A stretch of DNA of 64,000 bases from Malacoraja senta (lineage: Eukaryota), in assembly GCA_038087875.1 (NCBI GenBank), contig JAXLNO010000655.1:496001-560000 (forward strand), in the 5' to 3' direction. Below, piece after piece: positions 37,340-52,035 of this stretch. A model generated the notes under the pieces. The model was not told where the DNA came from. It made no database searches and was given only the letters and a program-made list of their open reading frames with translations. A program made the translations under genes and the position numbers. The first letter of the stretch is position 1. The number at the start of each line of letters is the position of its first letter.

Positions 37340-38362
37340 CACACACTAGCCACATACTAGCCACATACTAGCCACACACTAGCCACACACTAGCCACACA
37401 CTAGCCACATACTAGTCACACACTAGCCACACACTAGCCACACACTAGCCACATACTAGCCACACACTAGCCACACACTAGCCACACACTAGCCAAACAC
37501 TAGCCAAACACTAGCCAAACACTAGCCACACACTAGCCACACACTAGCCACACACTAGCCACACACTAGCCACACACTAGCCAAACACTAGCCACACACT
37601 AGCCACACACTAGCCACACACTAGCCACACACTAGCCACATACTAGCCAAACACTAGCCAAACACTAGCCACACACTAGCCACACACTAGCCACATACTA
37701 GCCAAACACTAGCCACACACTAGCCACACACTAGCCACATACTAGCCACACACTAGCCACACACTAGCCACATACTAGCCAAACACTAGCCACACACTAG
37801 CCACACACTCGCCACACACTAGCCAAACACTAGCCACACACTAGCCAAACACTAGCCACACACTAGCCACACACTAGCCACACACTAGTCACACACTACA
37901 CACTAGCCACACACTAGCCACACACTAGCCACACACTAGCCACACACTAGTCACACACTAGCCAAACACTAGCCACACACTAGCCACACACTAGCCACAC
38001 ACTAGCCACACACTAGCCACACACTAGCCAAACACTAGCCACACACTAGCCACACACTAGCCACACACTAGCCACACACTAGCCACACACTAGCCACACA
38101 CTAGCCACACACTAGTCACACACTACACACTAGCCACACACTAGCCACACACTAGTCACACACTACACACTAGCCACACACTAGCCACACACTAGCCAAA
38201 CACTAGCCACACACTAGCCACACACTAGTCACACACTACACACTAGCCACACACTAGCCACACACTAGCCACACACTAGCCACACACTAGCCACACACTA
38301 GCCACACACTAGCCACACACTAGCCACACACTAGCCACACACTAGCCACAGACTAGCCACAC
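37340..38362 (+). repeat. 11-bp minisatellite (ACACACTAGCC)n, about 90 units
   Basis: Direct inspection; variants with ata, aaa and gtc. Confidence 0.97.
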
Positions 38363-38617
38363 TGGGTGAGACTGGTGTAGCAAATGGGTTTTTACAACAA
38401 TCATTTTATTACTGGTCATCATTACTGGTGATAGCTGTTTAATTTCAGTTTTATCTAATTGAATTTAAATTCAATTCCCCAGCTGTGATAAACATAAGTT
38501 TATATCTCCAGATTATTCATCCAAGACGCTGGGTGCTAACTAGTAATTTAACCAACATGCTACATTGCCCCTGGTGTGAAAGGTTTCATAGGGCAGAGGT
38601 AGAGGTTCTTCCATCAG

Positions 38618-38900
38618 GGTGGCACGGTGGCGCAGTGGTAGAGTTGCCGCCTTGCAGCGCCAGAGACCCGGGTTCGATTCTGACTACGGGTGCTTGTCTG
38701 TACGGAGTTTGTGCATTCTCCCCGAGACCTGCATGGCTTTTCTCCGAGATCTTCGGTTTCCTCGCACACTCCAAAGACTCCAAAGTAGGTTAATTGGCTT
38801 GGTATTATTGTAAATTGATAGTGTTAATGTGCGAGGGAACGCTGGTCGGCGCGGACTCGGTGGGCCGAAGGGCCTGTTTCCGCGCTGCATCTCTACAGCT
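38618..38900 (+). mobile_element. tRNA-derived SINE (HE1/V-SINE-like)
   Basis: Same family consensus. Confidence 0.85.
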
Positions 38901-39362
38901 AAAAAAGCAAAGAGTGGGGATGGGTGGTAGGGATCGGTGTGAAAGTTCCTCAGAGCGCTCAATTCCCCAACCATTGAAAGATTCGCGCGGGCCGACCAGA
39001 CTTCGGACTTTGAATAATGGTGCCAAAAATGGCAGCGCCAGCATGTGTAATATATGCAAAAGGAATTTCACCATACAGTTGCACATGTGACAAACAAGGC
39101 ACCATTGAACCATTGATTCCACTACTTCCTCTATAATGATCTGGCTTCCAAAATTAGAGCGGTAGAGAATTCCAGAGACTCACTACCCAGTTCCGAAGAG
39201 ATTCAGTTTTAGATGTTTAGTTTTGAGATACAGCGTGAAAACAGGCACTTCAACCCACCGAGTCCACACCAACCAGCGATCAGCCGTACACTAGCTCTAT
39301 CCTACACACTAGGGACAATTTACAGAAGTCAATCAACTTACATATCTGTACGTCTTTGGGAT

Positions 39363-40315
39363 AACTATATAACCATATATCCATAACAGCACGGAAACAG
39401 GCCATCTCGGCCCTTCAAGTCCGTGCTGAACACTTTTTAATTTTTTTTTTTTTTTTTTTTTTTAATTTACTTCCCCCTAGTCCCATCAACCTGCACTCAG
39501 ACCATAACCCTCCATTCCTTTCCCGTCCATATACCCATCCAATCTATCTTCCCTACTCTCAATGGGAAAAGCTTATCCACGTCCACTCTGTCTAACCCGC
39601 TCATAATTTTAAAGACCTCTATCAAGTCCCCTCTTAACCTTCTGCGCTCCAAAGAATAAAGACCTAACTTGTTCAACCTTTCTCTGTAACTTAGTTCCTG
39701 AAACCCAGGCAACATTCTAGTAAATCTCCTCTGTACTCTCTCTATTTTGTTGACATCTTTCCTATAATTAGGCGACCAAAATTGTACTCCATACTCCAGA
39801 ATTGGCCTCACCAATGCCTTGTACAATTTTAACATTACATCCCAACTTCTATATTCAATGCTCTGATTTATAAAGGCCAGCACACCAAAAGCTTTCTTTA
39901 CCACCCTATCTACATGAGATTCCACCTTCAGGGAACTATGCACAGTTATTCCTAGATCCCTCTGTTCAACTGCATTCCTCAATTCGCTACCATTTACCAT
40001 GTACGTCCTATTTTGATTTGTCCTGCCGAGATGTAGCACCTCACATTTGTCAGCATTAAACTCCATCTGCCATCTTTCAGCCCACTCTTCCAAATGGCCT
40101 AAATCTCTCTGTAGACTTTGAAAATCTTCTTCATTATCCACAACACCACCTATCTTAGTATCATCTGCATACTTACTAATCCAATTTTCCACACCATCAT
40201 CCAGATCATTGATGTACATGACAAACAACAGTGGACCCAACACAGACCCCTGAGGCACCCCACTAGTCACCGGCCTCCAACCTGACAAACAGCCATCCAC
40301 CATTACTCTCTGGCA
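39363..40315 (-). mobile_element. 5'-truncated CR1 LINE (RT C-terminal half) nested in a SINE (about 39205-40472)
   Basis: SGVPQGSVLGPLLF, YADDTK, WQMEFNADKC, RPILEY; gggat duplicated at 39358-39362 and 40316-40320; internal deletion near 39540. Confidence 0.92.
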
Positions 40316-41074
40316 GGGATGTGCGAGGAAACCAGAGCACCCGGAGAAAACGCTCTCGGTCACAGTGATAACATATGGACTCCGTACAGACAGGACCAGG
40401 CAGTAGTCAGGATCAAATCTGGGTCTCTGGCCCTGTAAGACAGCAACTCTACCGCCGCACCACCATGCCGCCCTTTAACAATAGAATCCGTGCCTGCCTC
40501 TTAATCTTACAGCTAAACCTTGTCAGTCAGGTTCTGAGGCCCCTTCAGAGGAGGAAAGAAAGGCTCTTGATGATCGATTGTGACCAGATGAGGAAAAATG
40601 AAACAGTTCAATTCTTTGCAGACTGTATTTTACTTCAGGTCATTGTGCGTGTTGCTGTCAAACACAGAGTTACAAAGCGTTCATCTCCGAGTTACACTCA
40701 CAGCTCCCATTACAGACAGTGCAATCTGCATATTGGCTCCACCTAGCTGGTCTTAATCTTGTACTGCAGCTGAAAGGCAGCTTTGGAATTGAACGCTCTT
40801 TTTGCTTTAATTTGTCGTGAAGAATGAAGGAAACAAATATTCTGCTATCCTGGCACTGAGATATCAGAGCATGCAGGGTTTTCCACCGTGAAGAGTACAC
40901 TGACTGGGTCACACCAGGGAAGAAAGGAGCGAATGTGTCTCTGTGAATGTGCCGTTCACAAGTAGAATTAGGCCATTCAGCCCATCGCGTCCACACCGCC
41001 ATTCAATCATGGATGATCACTGCCTCTTAATCCAATTTTCCTGCCTTCTCCCCATAATCCTTTGACACCTCACA

Positions 41075-41600
<526 letters not shown>

Positions 41601-42447
41601 CTCATTCTGACAGTGGAGGAGTCCAAGGTCAAAAATGTCAGTATTGGAATTGGAAGGGGAGGTAAAAGGGTTGGCAACTATGAGATCCAGCAGGCATTGG
41701 CAAGTGTTCAGCAAAAGAGTTGCCTAGTCTACACTTGATCTCACTCAGGTAAAGGGGGCCACATCGGAAGCACCAAAATGCAGAGGGGACTGGAGACGAG
41801 AAAAGGCGAGAACAAAACCGGGTCAGCCGCAGATGACCACAGGAAGAGTGGAGTCCATAATGGCCCATTGTTGGCTGGGGAAGATGTGCTAACGAGAGGG
41901 ACAAAGATGTGAACAGTGGAAATAGTAGGGCGACTGTGGTAGAAGATGGGGGGGGGGGGGTGGGGGGGGAGAGAGAGTGGAGGGGGGGGGGGGAGAGAGG
42001 AGAGGAGGGGGGGGAGGGAAGGAATACAGGAGTTACTTGAAAGTTGAGAAATCAACGTTCATGCCATTGGGTTGTAAGCTGCCCAGGCAAAACATCAGGT
42101 TGAGTTGGAACCGAACCTCGAATCACTGTTCTGAAAAGAGGTCTTCAACCTGAAACAATGGCTGTACTTTTCGTCCCACAGATATGGATTTACCTGCTGA
42201 GAATTTCCAGAGTTTCACGTCTTTATTTTAGGCATCGGCTCAGCTAGCTGCGGCAGAATGAAGATAAAAGGTTTGTATTATTCAGAGAAGATGAGGGGTT
42301 CTCCCTAGTGTCCTGAACAACAGCGATCCCTCATCAGCATCATTATAAATCCATTATCTCATCATTGTAATAGTGCTACTGTATTTGTGAAAGTTTGCTA
42401 AACAACTCCAAACAAAGGTGAAAGGAGAGACAGGAAGGAAGAATAGA

Positions 42448-43217
<770 letters not shown>

Positions 43218-43220
43218 TAA

Positions 43221-43229
43221 GATAGATCA

Positions 43230-43319
<90 letters not shown>

Positions 43320-43345
43320 CGACAGACAGACAGACAGACAGATAA
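43221..43345. repeat. (GACA)n microsatellite
   Basis: Direct inspection. Confidence 0.97.
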
Positions 43346-43559
43346 AGAAGGTGAGACATAGGTGGAGAGGGACAGACAAAGAGATAGGAACAGAGACAGG
43401 CATAAACGATAGAACAATGCAGCACAAGAACAGGCCTTTTGGCCTTCAACGTCTATGCCAAACATAATGATATGAGTGGTAAACCATTCTCATTTGCCTG
43501 CACATGATCCATATTCCTCCATTCCCTGCTATCCATGTGCCTGACTACCACCACCCCTC

Positions 43560-43694
43560 GTGGGGTGGAAGATTGCAACCTTCACGTGGTCCACCCTGTT
43601 TCGACTAATACAATCAACTCGACGTGCACAAACGGAAGATCAAATAGAACAAGTTGTCCAACAACTTTAGGCTGTGCACGCCACACGAAAGAAG
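43560..43694 (+). mobile_element. Short retroposon 3' end (RTE-like gaa tail)
   Basis: 10-bp TSD accacccctc at 43550-43559 and 43695-43704. Confidence 0.6.
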
Positions 43695-43721
43695 ACCACC
43701 CCTCATGTTCCAAGCACCCAC

Positions 43722-44200
43722 TGTAGCGGCAGATTTTTATATCGTTCAAGAGATGACTCCCTCCAGCCGCTACATGGACTACATGGTTAAGGGGAATGTC
43801 TTTGTACGCATGCCAGCTCTCCATCGGGGACCTTCAGAGCTTCTTCCCAGATAAATCTTCAAAACACGGTCTTTTGATGAATAAATTCTTTATTGTTGAT
43901 GAAAAACAATAAGGGTACATCCAAACTTCTTCCGACTCGTACACTATAATCTTCATGGGACTCCAGCTTATTACATTAAACGTTAGAAAACTCCTCGTGT
44001 CTCAGTTACACTTCGCATGGTCAATGGGTGACCATGCTCGTCCAAAACTAACTGAAAACTAAGCTTCTGCGCAAGAAACTTAGCTCCAAACACTCATTAA
44101 AATACGTCATAAATCCCACCCACAATATAACGGGCAGTGTAAAATTTAAAGACACATGCCATAATTAATGACACAGAAAACAAGCCAAATGGTCACCACA
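43722..44200. mobile_element. Solo LTR (479 bp)
   Basis: TGT...ACA termini; 5-bp TSD CCCAC (43717-43721, 44201-44205); interrupts a CR1-like tail. Confidence 0.8.
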
Positions 44201-44577
44201 CCCACCACGTTCTATGCCGAAAAACTGACGCGCGCATGGACCAAATGCGGGCATGTGTGACTCGTGTAGCTGGGACATGTTGGCCGGTGTGGACAAGTTG
44301 GGCCTGTCTTCATGCTGACTCAATGATTTTAACCCTCTCACCTTAAACCTATGCCCTCTAGAATTTGATTTTTCCATCCTGGGAAAAGTTTCTGACTGTC
44401 TACTCTACCTATGGCGCTCATAATGTTAGTCTAGCAGATCTTCCCTCAACCTCCAAAGCTCCAGAGAAACCAATCCAAGCCTGTCCAATCTCTCGTCATA
44501 GCTGATCCAGGCAATGGTCACAGTGAGGAAGAAAAACCGAGAGAGAAGAGAGAGAGATAGACCTAAATAATTGAAGA

Positions 44578-44955
44578 CAGACACAAAAAACCTGGAGTAA
44601 CTCAACGGGTCAGGCAGCATCTCTGGAGAAAAGGAATAGGTGACGTTTCGGGTCGAGACCCTTCTTCAGACTGAGAGTCAGGCGAGAGGGGAACAAGAGA
44701 TATAGATGGTACCTAGGATGAATGAATGGAAGATATGCCGAAAGCAATGGTAATCAAGGAAACGTGGAGCCCACAATGGTCCATTGTTGGCTGTGGGGTA
44801 GGTGAGAACGAGTTACACAGACAGTGGAATTTAACAGGACGACTACAAAACTAGTGCCACGATAATGGTGAGGGAAGGACGGAGAACAAGGGGATGCAAG
44901 AGTTCCTTGAAGTTCGAGAAATCAGTATTCATACTGCTGGGTTGCAAGCCGCCCT
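44578..44955 (-). mobile_element. Penelope-like 3' terminal fragment with intact minimal hammerhead motif
   Basis: Minus strand 44672-44641 reads agtCTGAAGAagggtctcgacccGAAACGTCA; end of a GIY-YIG-like ORF near 44910-44955. Confidence 0.75.
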
Positions 44956-45539
44956 AATAATCTAAACAAGCTTTCAGAATAAATTCTTCAACTAAGCAGA
45001 AAAGCCATTATAATTTAAATACTAATAAAGTAGTCAATGCTGGAATGTTGCAATGGAGAAGCTGGATGGCTGTCTGTACTGATTAGCCGTGTATTGGAAA
45101 GGCAGCCAGCTACACCAGCCATTAACTCTGTTTCCTTTCAGCAGTCAGTGTTGATGGCCTTTAAACACAAGAGCCTCTACTCAGAAAACCATCAGTGTGA
45201 AATAAGCTAACGCGGGCAGATAAGTGTCCAACTTTCAGATGATATTTCTGGCCGGGACCCTTCTTCAGACTTATGTCATTGGTCAGAAGAAGGGACCCAA
45301 CCCAAAACATTGACTGCCCATTCCCCTCCACAGAGCATTGAATGGCACAACACAGGAGCAGGCCTTTCGGCCCACAATGTCCTGCTGGTCATGATGCCAA
45401 GTTGAACTAACCTCTTCTCCCTGCACATGATCCATAACCCATCATTCCCTGCATATCCATGTTCATATCTAAAAGCCCCCATAGTGTGTTTCAGGCACCT
45501 ACCACTCTCAGTGTAAAAATCTTGCACTGCACATTTTCT

Positions 45540-45843
45540 TTAGGTTAGTTTAGAGATACAGCGTGGAAACAGGCCCTTCGGCCCACCGAGTCCGCACCGT
45601 CCAGCGATCCCCGCACATTAACACTATCCTACGCACACTCGGGACAATATACATTTATACCAAGATAATTAACCTGTACGTCTTTGAAGTGTGAGAAGGA
45701 ACCAAAGATCTTGGTGAAAACCCACGCAGGTCACGGGGGAGAACGTACAAACTCCATACAGACAGCACCCGTAGCCAGGATTGAATCCGGGTCTCTGGCG
45801 CTGTAAGGCAGCAACTCTACCGCTGCGCCACCATGCCGCCCCT
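45540..45843 (-). mobile_element. tRNA-derived SINE (HE1/V-SINE-like)
   Basis: Full-length copy. Confidence 0.85.
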
Positions 45844-46638
45844 AAAATAAGATAAGCAAAATCCGAACTTTGCCTCCTTTAAGATCTTTAATTTGGAGAC
45901 CCTTCAAGTTCCACTTTTTCCTGTATCACCCACCACAGTAGAAGTGGGGAGACAAGGAACAGTCATTAGAGACAAAGTACATCTTCTATTGTTCTGTACG
46001 GTGATCTATAGGGTATAACACATCACTTAATGAGCTGGGTTGCTTCTCTGCTTCTTTGACGTATTGCGTTGAATTTCCAAGTGAATTGTTTTGCAAGAAC
46101 AATATAATTCTGCTAGTTTCTCTTCCCTTATGCGCTTAATTGTCGTTCTATTTCACAGTCTTTGCAAACGCAAATGTGGTAATGTGCACAATATAGAAAC
46201 ATAGAAACATAGAAAATAGGTGCAGGAGTAGGCCATTCGGCCCTTCGAGCTTGCACCGCCATTCAATATGATCATGGCTGATCATCCAACTCAGTATCCT
46301 GTACCTGCCTTCTCTCCATACCCCTGATCCTTTAGCCACAAGGGCCACATCTAACTCCCTCTTAAATATAGCCAATGAACTGGCCTCAACTACCTTCTGT
46401 GGCAGAGAATATCATCTCAATGTTCTCTAAAATTTCATTCCCAAGAACATTGTGTTTTGACTCAACATCAAGAACTCGGGCTAGCTTTCTGACTTTGCTA
46501 GGCTGGGTGGAAAGGGTTAATTAACCCCGGGACGAATTTGCTACCAGCAAGCAAATCCCTCCCCCATTAAAATGCTGCCATTGGGCTCCGACCAGAGCCA
46601 GCGACCTGGGTTCTAACCTGACTACAGGGTGCTTGTCT

Positions 46639-46898
46639 GTACAGAGTTTATACGTTCTCACGGAGAGTGGTGAGTCTGTGGAATTCTCTGCCTCAGAGGG
46701 CGGTGGAGCAGGTTCTCTGGATGCTTTCAAGAGAGAGCTAGACAGGGCTCTTAAAAATAGCGGCTTCAGGGGATATGGGGAGAAGGCGGGAACGGGGTAC
46801 TGATTGGGATGATCAGCCATGATCACATTGAATGGCGGTGCTGGCTCGAAGGGCCAAATGGCCTACTCCTGCACATATTGTCTATTGTCTATTGTCTA
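46639..46898 (+). mobile_element. CR1 3' end with (CTATTGT)n tail nested in a plus-strand SINE (about 46590-47100)
   Basis: Near-identical to 20365-20625; ttctc duplicated at the junctions. Confidence 0.85.
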
Positions 46899-47877
46899 TT
46901 CTCCCCATGTGTTTCTCCAGGAGCTCCGGTTTCTTCCCACATTCCAAAGACGTTCATGTTTGTAGGTTAATTGGCTTCGGTAATTATATAATTGTAAATT
47001 GCCCTTCGTGTGCGAGGATAGTGTTAATGTGCGGGGATCGCTGGTCGGCGCCGACTCGATGGGCCGAAGGGCCTGTTTCCGTGCTGCATCACTAAACTAA
47101 AAGTCACCCGTTTCTGAACCTGCACTCTCATCTCTGATTTAGAAATTGCTAGGTTTGAATCCCACTCCAGAGATTTAAGTACACAAATAAAAATTCACAC
47201 ACTCAAATTCAAAACTGAGAAATCCGTTCCTACATCCAGAGATGTTAAAAACCAGCTCCCATCTTGTCTATTTTTGATTGCTTGAGAGATGCAGTATGAA
47301 AAAGGGCCCTATCGCACGCACTCCCTGAACACCGCGGTCAATATAGACCACAAAAGCCGCTCGTCTTTGGGATGTAGGAGGGAATCGGAGCATCTGGAGG
47401 AAACCCACGGTGGTCAGAGGCAGAACTCCGCACAGACAGCAGCCGAGGTCAGGATCGAACGAACCCGGGTTTAGCCACAGTCATGAGTGTAGAGGGGGTA
47501 GAGCAAGGGGCTGAGACCGCACACTTGCAACATCATCCTTACATCCACCTCGACAATGCTGGAGGCAAATAGTGTGGGGAGCATCAGGCGATAACATGAG
47601 TCACGAGGGTGATGGGGCAATATTAACGGATCTGAAGCTAGAAGCCGTAGGCAGCAGAGAATATTGCAGGGGGAGCATTGGGAGGAGAGCACGGCTGTTA
47701 ACTCGGACACAAGCCAACAATCAATCAGCCCAATTTAAGTTTGTGTTTATAACACAATTCCATGTGGGATTCTTATGGGAATTAAAGGAAAGGTTAGAAG
47801 AATAAGCTGATAAAGCTGAATAGTCTAAGGTCCCACTGCCAATTAGGTTTTTATCAATAGTACCACTTAAGATTAAA

Positions 47878-48727
47878 AAAACATGTGCAAGGTCAGGCAG
47901 GTTGCTGAGAAATGAAGAAAAAAAAGCAGCAGCAGACTTGTCTTTTCCTTGCTCAGGAAATCATAGTCATAGAGTGATACAGCGCGGAAACAGGCTCTTC
48001 AGCCTAACTCGCCCACACCGGCCAACATGTCCCAGCTACACTAGTCCCACCTGCCCGTGATCGGTCCATATCCTTCCAAACCTGTCCTATCCATGCACCT
48101 GTCTAACTGTTCCTTAAATGTTGTCCCTGCCTCAACTACCTCCTCTGGCAGCTTGTTCCATACACCCACCACCCTTTGTGTGGGAAAAGCTACCCCTAAT
48201 AAATATTTTCCTCTTCACCTTAAACTATGTTCTCTGGTCCTCGATTCACCTACTCAGAGATTCTGTACATCTACCCGACCTATTCCTCCCATGATTTTAT
48301 ACACCTCATCCTCCTGCGCTCCAGGGGAATAGAGTCCCAGCCTACTCAACCTCTCCCTATAGCTCAGACCCTCTATTGCTGGCAACATCCTCGTAAACCT
48401 TCTTTGTACCCTTTCCAGCTGGCACAAAGGGTGGTGGGTGTATGGAACAAGCTGCCAGAGGAGGTAGTTGAGGCAGGGACTATCCCAACATTTAAGGAAC
48501 AGTTAGGTACATGATTAGGACAGGTTTGGAGAATATGGACCAAACGCGAGCAGGTGGGACGAGTGTAGCTGGGCAATGTTGGCCCGTGTGGACGAGTTGG
48601 GCTGAAGGGCCTGTTTTCACGCTGCATCACTCTAAGTCTATGACTCTATGATTTCCTGTGCAAGGAAAAGACAAGTCAGCTGCTTTTTATAAATGTCTCA
48701 GCAACCAGCCTAACCTTACACATGTTA
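47878..48727. repeat. Diverged inverted duplication of a CR1 3' end plus unique flank
   Basis: Arms about 47878-48180 and 48423-48727. Confidence 0.85.
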
Positions 48728-51014
48728 TTTTTACAGGACGCGTAGTACTTTATCATAGCAAACAACATGGTCTCTCTAATTCTGCCCTTTTCTACCAATG
48801 AAGTGATTTGAAAGCATCAATTACTGGACTTCAAATCCTCCGTTTGTTATTATTCCAGGTTTTATTTTGCTTTTGACCCAATCACTTAATGGCCACAGAA
48901 TATTCTTACATCATTTCTGTTTTCATTAAAGTATTAAGTGGAGTGTGTTCAAGATGAATGTTGCAGAAGCAAGAAGTTTGGTCCATTTAAGCTGATGAAT
49001 CCAAGCCTCCCGTTCCACTAGATTACAGACTGCAGATAGCGGGTTTGAATTTTAGAGATGTAACGTCGCAAGAGGACGGCGATTAACCTGACTTCTGTTT
49101 GTACATCATGGTTTTCACTCTTTAATTAGCTCGCTCTGTGTTAGAACACCTCAGCAAACCATTTCACGTTTTTTCCACCTGGAGACTTAGAGTCACAGAG
49201 TCACACAACAAGACTCAGGCCCTTCGACCCAACTTGTCCATGCTGACCAAGATGCCCCACCTGAACTAGTCCCACATATCCCACCAACCTTTTCTATCCC
49301 ATGTACCTGCACAAATATATTTTAAATGTTATAATTGTACCTACCTCAACTACCTCCTCTGGCAACTCCTTTCATAATATCCACCACTCTCTGCACGTAA
49401 AGGTTGCCCCCTCAGGTTCCGATTAAATCTTTCCCCTCTTACCTTAAACCTACGCTCTCTAGTTCTTGGTTCCCCCACCCTGGGTGAAAAGACTCTGTGC
49501 ATTCACCCTATCTATTACCTTCATTGTATGCACCTCTTTCCTCAGCCTCTTGTGTTTAAGGAATAAAATCCCTTCCCACACAACCTCTCCCATAGCTCAG
49601 GCTCGTGAGTCCTGGCAAAATCCTCATAACCTTCTCTGCGTCCTTTCCAACTTCACGGTATGTCTCCTACAGCAGGGTGTCCAAATCTGAGCACAACTCT
49701 CCAAGTGAGGTCTTACAAGTGAGGTCTTACACCCTTATTGGCCATTTTTAGTATTAATATTTTAACGTGCAGTTTATTCTAAACTAGCACAAAGTTTGAT
49801 GTTATCTGGATTTCAATTTTCAAAATCAATTTATAGGGCACAAAATAAGTGGAGTGTAAATGATAAGTGGAGTGTAAATGCTGTGTGTGTGCTTCACCTT
49901 GTTGTCGAGCGTATTTAGGATGATGAGTTTACAATGAATCAATGCATAATTACGTTTAATCTTGTTGGTTCATTCATGTGTACCATGGCAGTACAATAGA
50001 TAATGTCAGATATCTAAAGAACAGTTTTATTTAGCTGATTGGACATTAGCCTGAGTTTAATGGCACTGCCCTCCCTTGTATAGACGAGTGCATAACTTGT
50101 GCTGGCACTAGGTGCGGGGATAAAGGAGTTCTTCCTCGTCAGGCTTGCCATATATTGGCTCAGATAGTTGGGCCAGAATCAGATAGTTGGGCCACCCATT
50201 TCTGGTCATCTCCATGTAAAATGATGAGAGACACAGATAAGGTAGACAGCCAGTACTCTTTCCCCAGGCTGGAAATGTCAAAGACTACGGGGCATTGCTT
50301 TACGTTGAAAGGGGCAAAATGTAAAGGAGATGTATGGGACAAGGTGTTTACACTGGTGCCAGTGGGCGCCTGGAGCATGTTGCCAAGGGTGGGGGTGGAG
50401 GCAGATGTGGTCGTGGCATTTGAGAGGCTTTTGGATAAACATATGGATATGCAGGGGATGGAGGAATATGGATCATACGCAGGCAGATGAGATAGGTTTA
50501 ACTTATCTCATCTGCATCATGCAGATATTGAACACAGAACAGTACCTGGGTTATGTATGGAATCATATCTGTTTAATACATGAGTCAGTGGTTCGAGCAA
50601 TAAACAACGTACACATTTGTATTTGGTTTACTGATGCAACGCGGAAACAGTCCCTTCGGCCCATCGAGTCTGCGTCGACCAGCGATCGCCCCCATACGCT
50701 AGCACTATCCTATGCACCGGGGAGAATTTATAACTTTTTACCGAAGCCAATTCACTTTCAAACCTGTATGTCATTGGAGTGTGGGAGGAAACCGGAGCAC
50801 CTGAGGAAAACCCACGCAGTCACAAGGAGAATGTACAAACTCCGTGCAGACAGCACCCATAGTCAGGATCGAACCCGGGTCTCTGGCGCTGTAAGGCATC
50901 AACTCTACTGATGCACCACTGTGCTGCCTGAAGCCAACTCAAACCCACTGAGTAGCTTCCAAGAGTCAAATAGCATTGACCAACCAAGTTCCGAAACCCC
51001 CAATAAGACCATCA

Positions 51015-52035
51015 ATGGACTGGAGGTCTGTGACTAGTGGTGTGCCTCATGGTTCGGTGCTGGGCCCGTTACTGTTTGTCATCTACATCAATGATTTGGA
51101 TGAGAACATACTCGGCAAGATTGGCAAGTTTGCTGATGATACAAAAGTGGGTGGTTTTGGAGATAGTGAAGATGGTTATGAAAGTTGTAGCAGGATTTGG
51201 ACTGATTGGCCAGGTGGGTTGATGGAATTTAATACAAGAGAAGTGTGAGGTGTTGCAATTTGGGATGTCAAACAAGGGCAGGACCTACACAGTGAATGGT
51301 AGGCCTCTGGGGAATGTTGTAGAGCAGAGGGATCTAGGAATGCAAGCGCATGGGTCCTTGAAGGTCAAGTCGCAGGTAGACAAGGTGGTCAAAAGGGCTT
51401 TTGGCACATTGGCCTTCACAGTCAGAGTATAGAGTGTAGAAGTTGGGAGGTAATGTTGCAGGGAGGTAAGACATTGGTGAGACCGCATATGGAATATTGT
51501 GCTCAGTTTTGGGCACCATGTTATAGGAAAGATATTGTCAAGCTTGAAAGGGTTCAGAGAAGATTTACGAGGATGTTGCCAGAACTAGAGGGTGTGAGCT
51601 ATAGGGAGAGGTCAAGTAGGCTGGGTCTCTATTCCTTGTAGCGCAGGAGGATGAGGGGAGATCTTATAGAGGTGTGCAAAATCATGAGAGGAATAGATCG
51701 GGTAGATGCACAGAGTCTCTTGCCCAGAGTAGGGGAATCTAGGACCAGAAGACATAGGTTAAAGGTGAATGGGGAAAAGATTTAATAGGATTCTGAGGGG
51801 TAACTTTTTCACACAAAGGGTGATGGGTGTATGGAACAAGCTGCCAGATGAGGTAGTTGAGGTGGGGACTATCCCAATGTTTAAGAAACAGGTACATGGA
51901 TAGGATAGGATTGGAGGGATATGGACCAAGAGCAGGCAGGTGGGACTAGTGTGGCTGGGACATGTTGCCCGGTGTGGGCAAGTTGGGCCGAAGGGCCTGA
52001 TTCCACACTGTACCACTCGATTAATCTATGACTCT
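51015..52035 (+). mobile_element. 5'-truncated CR1 LINE (RT C-terminal half plus 3' UTR), degenerate
   Basis: SGVPHGSVLGPLLF, FADDTK, RPHMEYCAQFWAP; several frameshifts. Confidence 0.92.

Noticed and set aside
37340..38362. CRISPR-like or telomere-like array
   Set aside because: Contiguous 11-mers with no unique spacers, not TTAGGG, and a eukaryotic context.
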